Shown here piece after piece: positions 1 to 8,235 of a DNA stretch of 32,000 nucleotides. The notes below the pieces were generated by a model. The model ran no database searches. It worked only from the letters and a program-made list of their open reading frames with translations, and was not told where the DNA came from. This DNA comes from Acaryochloris marina MBIC11017. Lineage in GTDB: Bacteria; Cyanobacteriota; Cyanobacteriia; Thermosynechococcales; Thermosynechococcaceae. Position 1 is the stretch's first letter. Every line of letters starts with the position of its first letter. Location: the NCBI RefSeq assembly GCF_000018105.1, contig NC_009925.1:2670001-2702000 (forward strand). The letters are read 5' to 3'. The position numbers and the translations under genes were made by a program.

Positions 1-159
1 GGCAATGATAGATATCCATTGCCTTGAAGTCTTTAGAATTGCTTTTATCATCTTGTTTTTGAACGGGCGATAGCGTACCAGCCAATTGAGTAATTAGGAT
101 TTTTGCAATTGGCACAAAGCATCTCTTCGCGGATGGGTAAGGGAACGAGTTGTTACAAC

Positions 160-504
160 TTAGCCTGAAGAATAGAAGCTGAGTAAGAACAGGAATATCA
201 GCAACAATGTGCCGAAAATCAGCAGGTTTTTTTTGCCTGGGGTCATTGCATTAACCCCAAAGCCATAGCCTAGATTTTCAGGAAACCCCGAAGGGGCACC
301 TACCGGCCCAATATTGACAAATTGCTCCATAGGAGTTCGGCATACAGGGCATTTCCAATCATCAGGAAGTTGATCAAACAACGTTCCTGGCGGAATTTTA
401 CGGCGTTTGTCACCTTCATCAGGCTCATAAATGTACCCACAGGATCGGCATTCAAACCGATCAACAGGTACTACTTCTTCATTTGAATCCGTCTCAGTAG
501 ACAT
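160..504 (-). CDS. rubA: membrane-anchored rubredoxin (RubA type)
   Basis: 114-aa ORF with the two rubredoxin Cys pairs (CRSCGY ... CPVC). A linker and a C-terminal hydrophobic helix (LLIFGTLLLIFLFLLSF) follow, which is the architecture of cyanobacterial/plastid RubA. Confidence 0.9.
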   Translation of the reverse strand: MSTETDSNEEVVPVDRFECRSCGYIYEPDEGDKRRKIPPGTLFDQLPDDWKCPVCRTPMEQFVNIGPVGAPSGFPENLGYGFGVNAMTPGKKNLLIFGTLLLIFLFLLSFYSSG

Positions 505-708
505 GACCTAAATTCGTGGAATTTCCACAATCCTAGAAATCTTTGTGAATTATTATGACATGGAACTTAATCACCTTGTGCAGGCTTCTCTGTCTAAACC
601 CAAAATTTAACCCTCATTCATCAGTCCAGACCCGAGAACATGGCACCCGAGTATGCTTAACTGAATAGTGAGCAATGATTTTGGAACAAGTTTTAGGATC
701 GATTAATT

Positions 709-807
709 ATGGCCGGAGAAATTTTCACTACAGCATTTCTTTGTTTTTCGCTGATCTTAGTGGGTATTGGTTTGGGATATTTACTATTGAAGGTCGCTCC
801 CGACTAA
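709..807 (+). CDS. petM: cytochrome b6f complex subunit PetM-like mini-protein (32 aa)
   Basis: ATG at 709, TAA at 805..807. Hand translation is [32 protein letters not shown]. It is a single TM helix with the acidic N-terminus and the LVG.GLG.LLLK core that I recall from cyanobacterial PetM sequences. It falls below the 60-aa cut-off of the ORF track. No obvious SD. Confidence 0.6.
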
Positions 808-886
808 ACCCTAAATGCTGGCTATTAAGGCTTTTGGGTTCTATGTCGTGTCTCTAGCCTGAAAGTGCAAGACATGAAGAATGCGG

Positions 887-1978
887 TTAAACATTGAACC
901 GAAAGAGCATTACATCTCCTTCTTGCACAAGATAATCTTTACCCTCACTGCGGACTAACCCTTTTTCCTTAGCAGCAGTGAGCGATCCATTTTCCACTAA
1001 GTCTTGATAACCAACGGTTTCTGCCCGAATAAATCCCCGCTCAAAGTCGGTATGAATGACCCCAGCAGCTTGAGGAGCTTTTGTGCCGATAGGTATCGTC
1101 CATGCTCGACTCTCTTGAGGACCAGATGTAAAGTAGGTTCGTAGCCCCAAAAGCTTATAGGTAGCATGGATAAGAGATGTTAAGCCCCCCTCTTCAACGC
1201 CCAAGGCTTCAAGAAAATCATGACGCTCTTCATCCGTTAGTTCCACTAATTCAGATTCAACTTGGGCAGACATAATCACGGTTTCCGCTGACTCGGCCGT
1301 TGCAATCCCACGCACCTGTTCTACCCATTTATTCCCTGTCGCCAAATCATCCTCAGACACATTGGTTGCATAAATAATTGGCTTCAGAGTTAGCAAGCCC
1401 AAGTACTTAATCACTTCTTTTTCTTCAGGGCTTAACTCAGCCTGACGTGCTGGCTGTCCTGCATTCAAAGTGGCTCTGAGCTTTTCTAAGATTTCTAGTT
1501 CGGCTTGGGCTTCTTTGTTATTACGAGCAGTCTTTTTAGTTCGCTCCATTCGTCGCTCAATTTGGGCTAGATCTGCCAAGCTCAGCTCCAAATTAATCAC
1601 TTCTATATCGCGCATAGGGTCTACTGAACCTGCAACATGGATAATATCGTCACTATCAAAACAGCGCACCACATGCACTATGGCATCAACTTCACGGATA
1701 TTGGCCAAGAATTGATTCCCTAAGCCTTCGCCTTGGCTGGCTCCCTGCACCAGCCCAGCAATATCTACAAATTCGATCCGGGTGGGCACCGTTTTGGCCG
1801 AATTCGACAATTCAGATAAAATTTGTAAGCGCTGATCAGGAACAGAGACCACGCCCACATTGGGTTCAATCGTACAAAAAGGGAAATTAGCAGCCTCAGC
1901 TTTGGCATTCGCGACTAAGGCATTAAACAGGGTTGATTTACCAACGTTGGGTAGCCCAACAATACCAGCTCTTAACAT
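887..1978 (-). CDS. ychF: ribosome-binding ATPase YchF (Obg-family GTPase-like)
   Basis: 363-aa ORF with N-terminal P-loop GIVGLPNVGKSTLFNAL. It has the coiled-coil insert and the C-terminal TGS-like end (KDYLVQEGDVMLFRFNV) typical of YchF. Confidence 0.95.
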   Translation of the reverse strand: MLRAGIVGLPNVGKSTLFNALVANAKAEAANFPFCTIEPNVGVVSVPDQRLQILSELSNSAKTVPTRIEFVDIAGLVQGASQGEGLGNQFLANIREVDAIVHVVRCFDSDDIIHVAGSVDPMRDIEVINLELSLADLAQIERRMERTKKTARNNKEAQAELEILEKLRATLNAGQPARQAELSPEEKEVIKYLGLLTLKPIIYATNVSEDDLATGNKWVEQVRGIATAESAETVIMSAQVESELVELTDEERHDFLEALGVEEGGLTSLIHATYKLLGLRTYFTSGPQESRAWTIPIGTKAPQAAGVIHTDFERGFIRAETVGYQDLVENGSLTAAKEKGLVRSEGKDYLVQEGDVMLFRFNV

Positions 1979-2098
1979 GGGAAGGGATAACTCAAATCAT
2001 GGGCTCAAACACATTATGAAGACAACATAAGCATCTCTAAAAGTGATGCAAATGTGACTCATAATCCTTTGCCATTAAAACATGCATAAACCCTTTAC

Positions 2099-3553
2099 AT
2101 GAGCGTGAATCAACAGCAAGTTCCCTTATGGCAAGCGCTACAGGACAGTGCCCACTCAAATCAAATTGCGTTCCACACCCCTGGCCATAAACGAGGGCGG
2201 GGGCTGCCCGCTGCGATTCTGCAGCACTTTGGATCCGCTCTAGGTTCAGCCGATCTGCCTGAACTACCTGAATTAGATAATCTCTTTGCCCCTGAAGCAG
2301 CCATTCTAGAGGCTCAGGTACTCGCTGCTCAACTCTTTGGGGCTGAGCAGACCTGGTTTTTAACCAACGGGTCGACCTGTGGGATTCTGGCAGCATTGCT
2401 AACCGTCTGTGGCCCAGGTGCTCAGATTATCGTGCCGAGGAATCTCCATACATCTGTAATTTCTGGGCTAGTACTGTCTGGCGCAGTCCCCATTTTTGTA
2501 CAACCGACCTTGGATAGCCAGCTCAACTTAGCCCATAGTTTATCGGTTCAGGATGTTCAGCTGGCGTTCGAGACATATCCTCAGACTAAGGCTATCTTCT
2601 TAATCCATCCAACCTATGAAGGGGTTTGTGGAGATGTATCGGCTATCGCTACGTTTGCCCATGATCATGACATTCCGTTGATTGTCGATGAAGCCCATGG
2701 TCCCCATTTTGCTTTTCATCCTCAATTCCCTCAATCTGCTCTCGCCGCAGGTGCAGACCTGGTTGTACAATCCACCCACAAAATGCTAGGAGCCTTGACA
2801 CAAGCGGCCATGCTGCATGTTCAGGGTCTTCTCATCGATCGAAAACGGCTGAGCCAAACCCTACAGCTCGTGCAATCTACCAGTCCTAATTATCTGCTTC
2901 TGGCCTCTTTAGATGCTACCCGCCACCAATTAGCCCATGCTGGCCTGAACGTCATGGAGCAGGTCTTAACTCTGGCCAATAAAGCCCATACTCAACTGAA
3001 CCATTTGCCCAACTATCGTCCATGGGATCCAATAGGCACTACCCCTGGCTGTATTGCCCTCGATCAGACACGCCTAACCATTCCTATTGAGCCATTTGGT
3101 GACCAGGCCTATGACCTCGATCAAACCCTCATTGATACCTATCGCATCTCAGCAGAGCTGATCACGCCAGACCATCTCACCTTCTTAATTACATTGGGCA
3201 ATACTGAGGATGATATTGACCAATTACTCTGCGCATTACGAGAGTTATACCACCCTCCTTTACATCCCAGCTCTCTGGCCTACTCAACAAACAAACTACC
3301 TATTGCTTTACCCGTGCTATCGCCCAGGGAGGCCTATTGGTATTCTTCAGAAGTCGTTCCAGTTCTCAAGGCCGTCGACCGGATCAGTACCGAAAGTATT
3401 TGTCCCTATCCACCGGGCATCCCTATTCTGCTTCCTGGAGAAAGAATTCAGAAACAAGATTTAGACTGGCTATTACAACTCAAACAACAAGGAGGCATCA
3501 TTACAGGGTGTAGCGATCTGCGCTTTCAGACCTTAAAGGTTGTGAGAGAGTAG
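2099..3553 (+). CDS. PLP-dependent Orn/Lys/Arg decarboxylase family protein
   Basis: 484-aa ORF with FHTPGHKRG near the N-terminus and the PLP-lysine motif QSTHKMLGALTQ. Length and C-terminal domain fit the OKR_DC_1 family. Substrate cannot be assigned from sequence. Confidence 0.85.
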   Translation: MSVNQQQVPLWQALQDSAHSNQIAFHTPGHKRGRGLPAAILQHFGSALGSADLPELPELDNLFAPEAAILEAQVLAAQLFGAEQTWFLTNGSTCGILAALLTVCGPGAQIIVPRNLHTSVISGLVLSGAVPIFVQPTLDSQLNLAHSLSVQDVQLAFETYPQTKAIFLIHPTYEGVCGDVSAIATFAHDHDIPLIVDEAHGPHFAFHPQFPQSALAAGADLVVQSTHKMLGALTQAAMLHVQGLLIDRKRLSQTLQLVQSTSPNYLLLASLDATRHQLAHAGLNVMEQVLTLANKAHTQLNHLPNYRPWDPIGTTPGCIALDQTRLTIPIEPFGDQAYDLDQTLIDTYRISAELITPDHLTFLITLGNTEDDIDQLLCALRELYHPPLHPSSLAYSTNKLPIALPVLSPREAYWYSSEVVPVLKAVDRISTESICPYPPGIPILLPGERIQKQDLDWLLQLKQQGGIITGCSDLRFQTLKVVRE

Positions 3554-3557
3554 TACC

Positions 3558-4178
3558 GTGAGCACACTGGGACAACCTATGCCTTCTTCTCCTTGGCCCT
3601 ATACCAGTCCTGGCATTCCAGATGAACTGTTTGAGCGTTTACCTGGAATCCCCATGACTCAGCGCGATACACGCTTATTGTTAATCTCACAATTGCGACT
3701 CACGACGGATACAGTGCTGTGGGACATTGGAGCAGGAACCGGCACCATTCCTGTCGAAGCAGGCTTACTCTGCCCACAGGGACAAATTATTGCCATCGAA
3801 CGAGATGAAGAAGTGGTTAATCTGATCCAAGCGAATTGTGATCAATTTGCAGTCAAAAATGTCGATATTATTCAAGGAAATGCTCCCGGCTGTTTGGACG
3901 ACCTCCAACCTCAACCCACCCGAATTTGTATAGAAGGGGGGCACCCCATGCAGGATCTGCTGAAAACAGCATGGAGTCATCTACAAACCAATGGCCGCTT
4001 GGTTGCCTCTGCATCTAGTCTGGAAACGCTGTATGTCATTTCTGAAACCTTTTCTTCCCTGCGTGCTCGCAACATTGAAGTCGTTCAGTCCGTCATCAAT
4101 CGTTTGGAGACGCGGGGCACACGCCAATTGTTTGCCGCTGTCGATCCAATGTTTATCTTAAGCGGCGAGAAACTTTGA
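3558..4178 (+). CDS. cbiT: precorrin-6Y C5,15-methyltransferase (decarboxylating), CbiT subunit-like
   Basis: 206-aa ORF with PGIPDELFERLPGIPMTQRDTR and the SAM motif WDIGAGTGTIPVEA. GTG start lies 4 nt after the upstream stop. An alternative ATG at 3579 is possible. Confidence 0.8.
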   Translation: MSTLGQPMPSSPWPYTSPGIPDELFERLPGIPMTQRDTRLLLISQLRLTTDTVLWDIGAGTGTIPVEAGLLCPQGQIIAIERDEEVVNLIQANCDQFAVKNVDIIQGNAPGCLDDLQPQPTRICIEGGHPMQDLLKTAWSHLQTNGRLVASASSLETLYVISETFSSLRARNIEVVQSVINRLETRGTRQLFAAVDPMFILSGEKL

Positions 4179-4821
4179 ATCTGAACATAGCTAAAGTATC
4201 TTTTTTTCGGAGCTGGCTTGAAACTTAAAATAATTTACTTTTAATATATAGAAAAAATAATTTTCGCCATATTAACCTCAGCCTTTATCTTTCAGGAAGA
4301 TATTATTTAGCCTGCTTTTTTCAGCTTTTTTGTCTATTAATAAGCTGTAATGATGTATCACCATATATAAAATCTCTAGGGTGTGGAGTCAAGCTATGAT
4401 GGCAGCTCAATATCTGACATAGCAAGCATCTTTGATAGCGTCGAACATCTTAATATCTAAAAATCGCTCGAAATAATTATTTACAAGACTGTTTAGTATT
4501 CTTAATCCTTAGTATCTCTTTTAATCATTGGCCTGCTTCAGAATTCCACGTCATACTGACGGTATAAGGATTCACTGGAGTTTCTTCATAAGCACAAATA
4601 GAGATGACTATACAATCTCCTCTATCTACATCGAAATCTATAAATGTAGAGATACATTCTTCTTATCAATATTGAAAAAATCGCTAGGATTTATAAGTAG
4701 TGAACTATTCAAAACAGATACTGCTGAAAATTATTCTGAGCTATACTTGTCAAGGCAATTAAAACTTCTATGGGTACATAGAAAGAATGCCTGGATTGAT
4801 GTTTCTGAGATCGTTGACGGA

Positions 4822-6381
4822 ATGCTGCCTCTGTTTGCCACTTTATGGATCCAACAGCCCAACTTATCTTTAGAGACCCCTCAACCTTTATTCCAGGCAA
4901 ATATCCAACCCCAACTCTCTTCAGATCGGGATGGGTGGGTTGGCCAAGCGTCTCGCCCTTCTTTGAAGCGCCAAACGAATCGGCAAGCATCACGGCAAGG
5001 GATTGAGTTTCGTACCCTGCCTGGTCGGCTCGATACAGTCCCTGTTTTCAACAGCAACAGCCCTGAAGTGGTCAGACGGTCTGGGATTTTGCTGTCTACA
5101 TTTCCACCCCGAGGTAAGCGTCAAACCAAGGCCCATCTCAATTTTGCCTTTAATGGTCGATTTGATATTTTTGCCCATCACGTGGCCAAGACTAATCGCC
5201 CGGATGATACCCCCACCCTTTATAAAGGCATCCTGTTATTTAACCCCAGCCGCACCCGCAGTATTACGATTAAGGTCCTCCATTCAGCAACCTTTCTAGG
5301 CAATCCTGATGCGCCTTATATTGCCCTGCCACCTCAGGTCAGCAATGATTTGGGCAAGGTTTTTTCTGGACCAGGTGGACGAGTCGTCGATCAAATCCTA
5401 AGAGGACGCCGCCAAACCCATTGGCCACCAGTCATCTACTTACGCCCTGGCCAAAGTAAAATGCTGATGAACTTACCTATTCCAGTGCCTAGCTTATCGG
5501 CCAAAAAGCCAGTCCGGGGTCCCAAAGCCCAAAAATTACTGAAGCTAAATGCGGCGAAATCTCCTCTCAAAAATATTGCGCCGTCTTCCAATACTCGCTC
5601 AACCCTGGCTCATTTACAAAGCAGTGGCCCTGTATATGCCGCCAGTATGGCCATGTTAGCGCCCCTAAATCAAAATGGAACTGAAAAAATTCCGACCAAG
5701 AAAGATTGGGAAAAACTGTTAATTAATGGTGAGCTGCTCTCTCCTCGGGACAAGCCTCCCTCCCCTTTACGCCAAAGAACTGATCCATTTTTCTATGGTC
5801 GTGTTGCGGGTGTCAGTCGAGGTTCCCTCTGGAAAGCACAAATCACAGATGATTTCACCAGCAAGCAGTTAACCATACCTAGGCCCGGTCGCACGTTTGC
5901 CTATGGATTGAGCACGCTACAGCGAGGAACGTTTGGGACCGGACAGGTTCAAAGTGCACCGATGCTCGTGAGATATCCTGATACCGCTTACCTAGCCCAT
6001 GGGAATTACGGGGTCCATTACGATTTAACTCTACCCTTCCATAACCCCAGTAAAAAACCTCGGCAGGTCGATATTGCAATTCAAACGCCCCTTAAACATG
6101 ACCGCAAAGGAGTGGGTCTTAATTTTTGGCGATCAAAAACTGCTCCAGTCTTTTTCCGGGGTACCGTACGGGTACGGTACAAAGACGATGACGGCAACTC
6201 CCAATTGCGTTATTTTCATCTCGTCCAAAAACAAGGTGAAAAAAGTCAGCCTCTTGTGACGTTAAAGCTCAAACCAGATGAACGGCGGTTGGTCCAGGTG
6301 GACTATGTTTATCCACCGGATGCCACTCCGCCCCAAGTGCTAACGGTTAAAACGGATCTTTTCTTTGGCAGTCGGAGCTAA
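4822..6381 (+). CDS. uncharacterised protein, DUF3370-like family, paralogue A
   Basis: Full-length similarity to the ORF at 18085..19428. Shared blocks are PVFNSNSPE, FAHHV, FFYGRVAGVS, QSAPMLVRY, HGNYG, FFRGTV, FHLVQ and YPPD.TPPQVLT. The start is placed at the first ATG (4822). The frame stays open back to 4525, with a TTG at 4528, so the true start is unresolved. Confidence 0.7.
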   Translation: MLPLFATLWIQQPNLSLETPQPLFQANIQPQLSSDRDGWVGQASRPSLKRQTNRQASRQGIEFRTLPGRLDTVPVFNSNSPEVVRRSGILLSTFPPRGKRQTKAHLNFAFNGRFDIFAHHVAKTNRPDDTPTLYKGILLFNPSRTRSITIKVLHSATFLGNPDAPYIALPPQVSNDLGKVFSGPGGRVVDQILRGRRQTHWPPVIYLRPGQSKMLMNLPIPVPSLSAKKPVRGPKAQKLLKLNAAKSPLKNIAPSSNTRSTLAHLQSSGPVYAASMAMLAPLNQNGTEKIPTKKDWEKLLINGELLSPRDKPPSPLRQRTDPFFYGRVAGVSRGSLWKAQITDDFTSKQLTIPRPGRTFAYGLSTLQRGTFGTGQVQSAPMLVRYPDTAYLAHGNYGVHYDLTLPFHNPSKKPRQVDIAIQTPLKHDRKGVGLNFWRSKTAPVFFRGTVRVRYKDDDGNSQLRYFHLVQKQGEKSQPLVTLKLKPDERRLVQVDYVYPPDATPPQVLTVKTDLFFGSRS

Positions 6382-6385
6382 TTGA

Positions 6386-7117
6386 ATGAAACCTAATATT
6401 GAAGTTTTTGCTGATCCATCCCAGTTAATTGAACGTGCCTTAGAACTGACCCTCGCTGAAATCAAAGATGCGATCGCACAACGAGGACGCTGCACCATTG
6501 CCTTAGCCGGAGGCAACACGCCCAAACCCTTGTATGAGCAACTCGCCCAACAAGATCTCCCGTGGCAAAATATCCACATCTTTTGGGGAGACGAGCGGTA
6601 TGTGCCGATTTCTGATCCGCAAAGTAACGCCGGAATGGCCACCAAAGCCTGGCTCAACCATGTCGCCATTCCCCCCACCAATATTTATCCTATGCCAACC
6701 CAAGCCGCCGATCCAGCGGAGGCGGCTCAAACCTATAACCAGCAGCTGCAGACTTTTTTTGGCACAGGTCCCAAAGAATTTCCCCGCTTTGACATTGTCT
6801 TGCTAGGTCTGGGACCTGATGGACATACCGCTAGTCTATTTCCCCATACTGAGGCGTTACAAGTGTGCGATCGCAACGTTACCGTTGGCAATAAAGACGG
6901 TCAACCTCGATTAACTTTAACCGTCCCTGTTCTCAACCAAGCTCGATGTATTTTCTTTTTAGCAACCGGCGCAAATAAACAAGACGCATTAACGGAAATT
7001 TTTGCGGAGACAGCTGATGCAACCCACTATCCCGCTCGTTTAATCCAACCAATTCACGGCAAACTCTCATGGCTACTGGACACTGCGGCAGGAGAACCTC
7101 TACAGAAGTATCTATAG
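6386..7117 (+). CDS. pgl: 6-phosphogluconolactonase
   Basis: 243-aa ORF with ALAGGNTPKPLY, FWGDERYVP and LLGLGPDGHTASLFP motifs of the Pgl/DevB family. It starts 4 nt after the upstream stop. Confidence 0.9.
   Translation: MKPNIEVFADPSQLIERALELTLAEIKDAIAQRGRCTIALAGGNTPKPLYEQLAQQDLPWQNIHIFWGDERYVPISDPQSNAGMATKAWLNHVAIPPTNIYPMPTQAADPAEAAQTYNQQLQTFFGTGPKEFPRFDIVLLGLGPDGHTASLFPHTEALQVCDRNVTVGNKDGQPRLTLTVPVLNQARCIFFLATGANKQDALTEIFAETADATHYPARLIQPIHGKLSWLLDTAAGEPLQKYL
6470..6477. repeat. HIP1 octamer GCGATCGC
   Basis: Exact match read from the sequence. Confidence 0.9.
6867..6874. repeat. HIP1 octamer GCGATCGC
   Basis: Exact match read from the sequence. Confidence 0.9.
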
Positions 7118-7463
7118 CTGATTCCTGATACGGACCGCCTTGGCCCCAGAAACCCTATCAAATCTGAGGATCAGATTAAGCACCACAAATGGGTACACTC
7201 AATGAGGCAAGATCAAAACGTCTGAAGACAGAGTTGCTGAGTGGCTGTAGGGTTTAACAACCCAGGTTGCGGACCATAGTTGCCATGAATATCTCGTGTA
7301 CTATGTGAAAAGCAGTCTTTTTTGTATCTCAAAAAGCCTCTCTTGTACAGACATTGCTGGGACGTTTTATCGCCTATTGAGCTAACGATTCGATAAGTCT
7401 TATCGGCCGCCTAAATTTGACTATGATCGGGGAATTTTTTGACGGGGGAAATAACTACAACCT

Positions 7464-8231
7464 ATGATTATTTGTCCCAATTGTCTCCACCAAAATGCCG
7501 ATGGCGCAGCGACCTGTGAGGCCTGTCAGACTGCATTACCTTCCACTAGCAGCTGTCCCAACTGTGGTGCATCCATACAGGTAGGCGCACAATTCTGCGG
7601 TCAATGTGGTTTTAATCTACAAGACGATCCCAACGACTTAGATGAAATTATCGCTCTCACCACCGAGACAGCAAAACCCGAACCCGCATCTCCAGAGAAC
7701 CCATTTATTTTTCCCGATCCTCAACCCCCTGATCCGCTCGTCATGCCGGATTTAGTATCGCAGGAACCCTTAGCAGAACCATCATTAGCCGCGGATTTAC
7801 CTGTCCTGGACAACAATTTGTCTCAGTTTGAAGAAACGCCACCTCCTTCTTCAGCCTATGGGGATAACGAGTCGCCGGGTACGCCCCGAACTCAACTCCA
7901 ACAGCAAACCATTCAGCTAGTCCATGTTCAGACCAACACAGTGATTGATCTGCCTTGGACACTGGATAAAATTCATATGGGAAAACCTAACGATCGAGTG
8001 CCGCCCGACATCGACGTGTCAGGGTTCCCAAATGCTGAAGTTGTTTCTCGCGTTCATGCGGATATTCGGGTTGAAGGGGGTCATTATTTTATTGAAGATG
8101 TCGGCAGCTCAAATGGGACCTACATCAACAGTATTCCTTTGTTACCTGGTAATCGGCATCGTCTACGCGTCGGTGATCGAATCGCTTTGGGTAAAGGCAA
8201 TTTAGTCACTTTTCTATTCCAACTTAACTGA
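7464..8231 (+). CDS. double zinc-ribbon / Pro-rich linker / FHA domain protein (FraH-like architecture)
   Basis: The N-terminus carries CPNC..CEAC and CPNC..CGQC Cys pairs. A Pro/Glu/Asp-rich low-complexity linker follows. The C-terminal FHA core is GKPNDRVPPDIDV...VSRVHADIRVEGGHYFIEDVGSSNGTYIN. Confidence 0.85.
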   Translation: MIICPNCLHQNADGAATCEACQTALPSTSSCPNCGASIQVGAQFCGQCGFNLQDDPNDLDEIIALTTETAKPEPASPENPFIFPDPQPPDPLVMPDLVSQEPLAEPSLAADLPVLDNNLSQFEETPPPSSAYGDNESPGTPRTQLQQQTIQLVHVQTNTVIDLPWTLDKIHMGKPNDRVPPDIDVSGFPNAEVVSRVHADIRVEGGHYFIEDVGSSNGTYINSIPLLPGNRHRLRVGDRIALGKGNLVTFLFQLN

Positions 8232-8235
8232 TAAC

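Noticed and set aside
1-51. Possible 5' end of a minus-strand gene (MIKAILKTSRQWISIIA...) downstream of rubA, which by the conserved rubA-ycf48 synteny could be ycf48
   Set aside because: Only 17 codons lie inside the window, too little to support a call. It is mentioned only as a synteny-based guess.
675-857. 60-aa plus-strand ORF from the track
   Set aside because: It has no recognisable features. It overlaps, in another frame, the much more convincing 32-codon petM-like ORF (709..807).
2037-2396. 119-aa minus-strand ORF overlapping the start of the decarboxylase gene
   Set aside because: It is a shadow ORF antisense to a gene with clear family motifs, and it has no motifs of its own.
4528-4821. 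N-terminal 98 codons of the 617-aa track ORF (TTG start)
   Set aside because: The stretch is AT-rich with odd composition, has no homology to paralogue B and has no ATG. I kept the CDS start at 4822 and flagged the unexpectedly open frame as a finding instead of dismissing it entirely.
7118-7463. 346-bp gap upstream of the FHA operon, checked for ncRNA, riboswitch or a mini-ORF (short hairpins such as GGGTT-TAAC-AACCC near 7250 and CTGATTC...GGATCAG near 7118..7175)
   Set aside because: Only short 5-7-bp stems and ORFs under 25 codons without features are present. Nothing matches a structured RNA family that I can recognise. A covariance-model scan would be needed.
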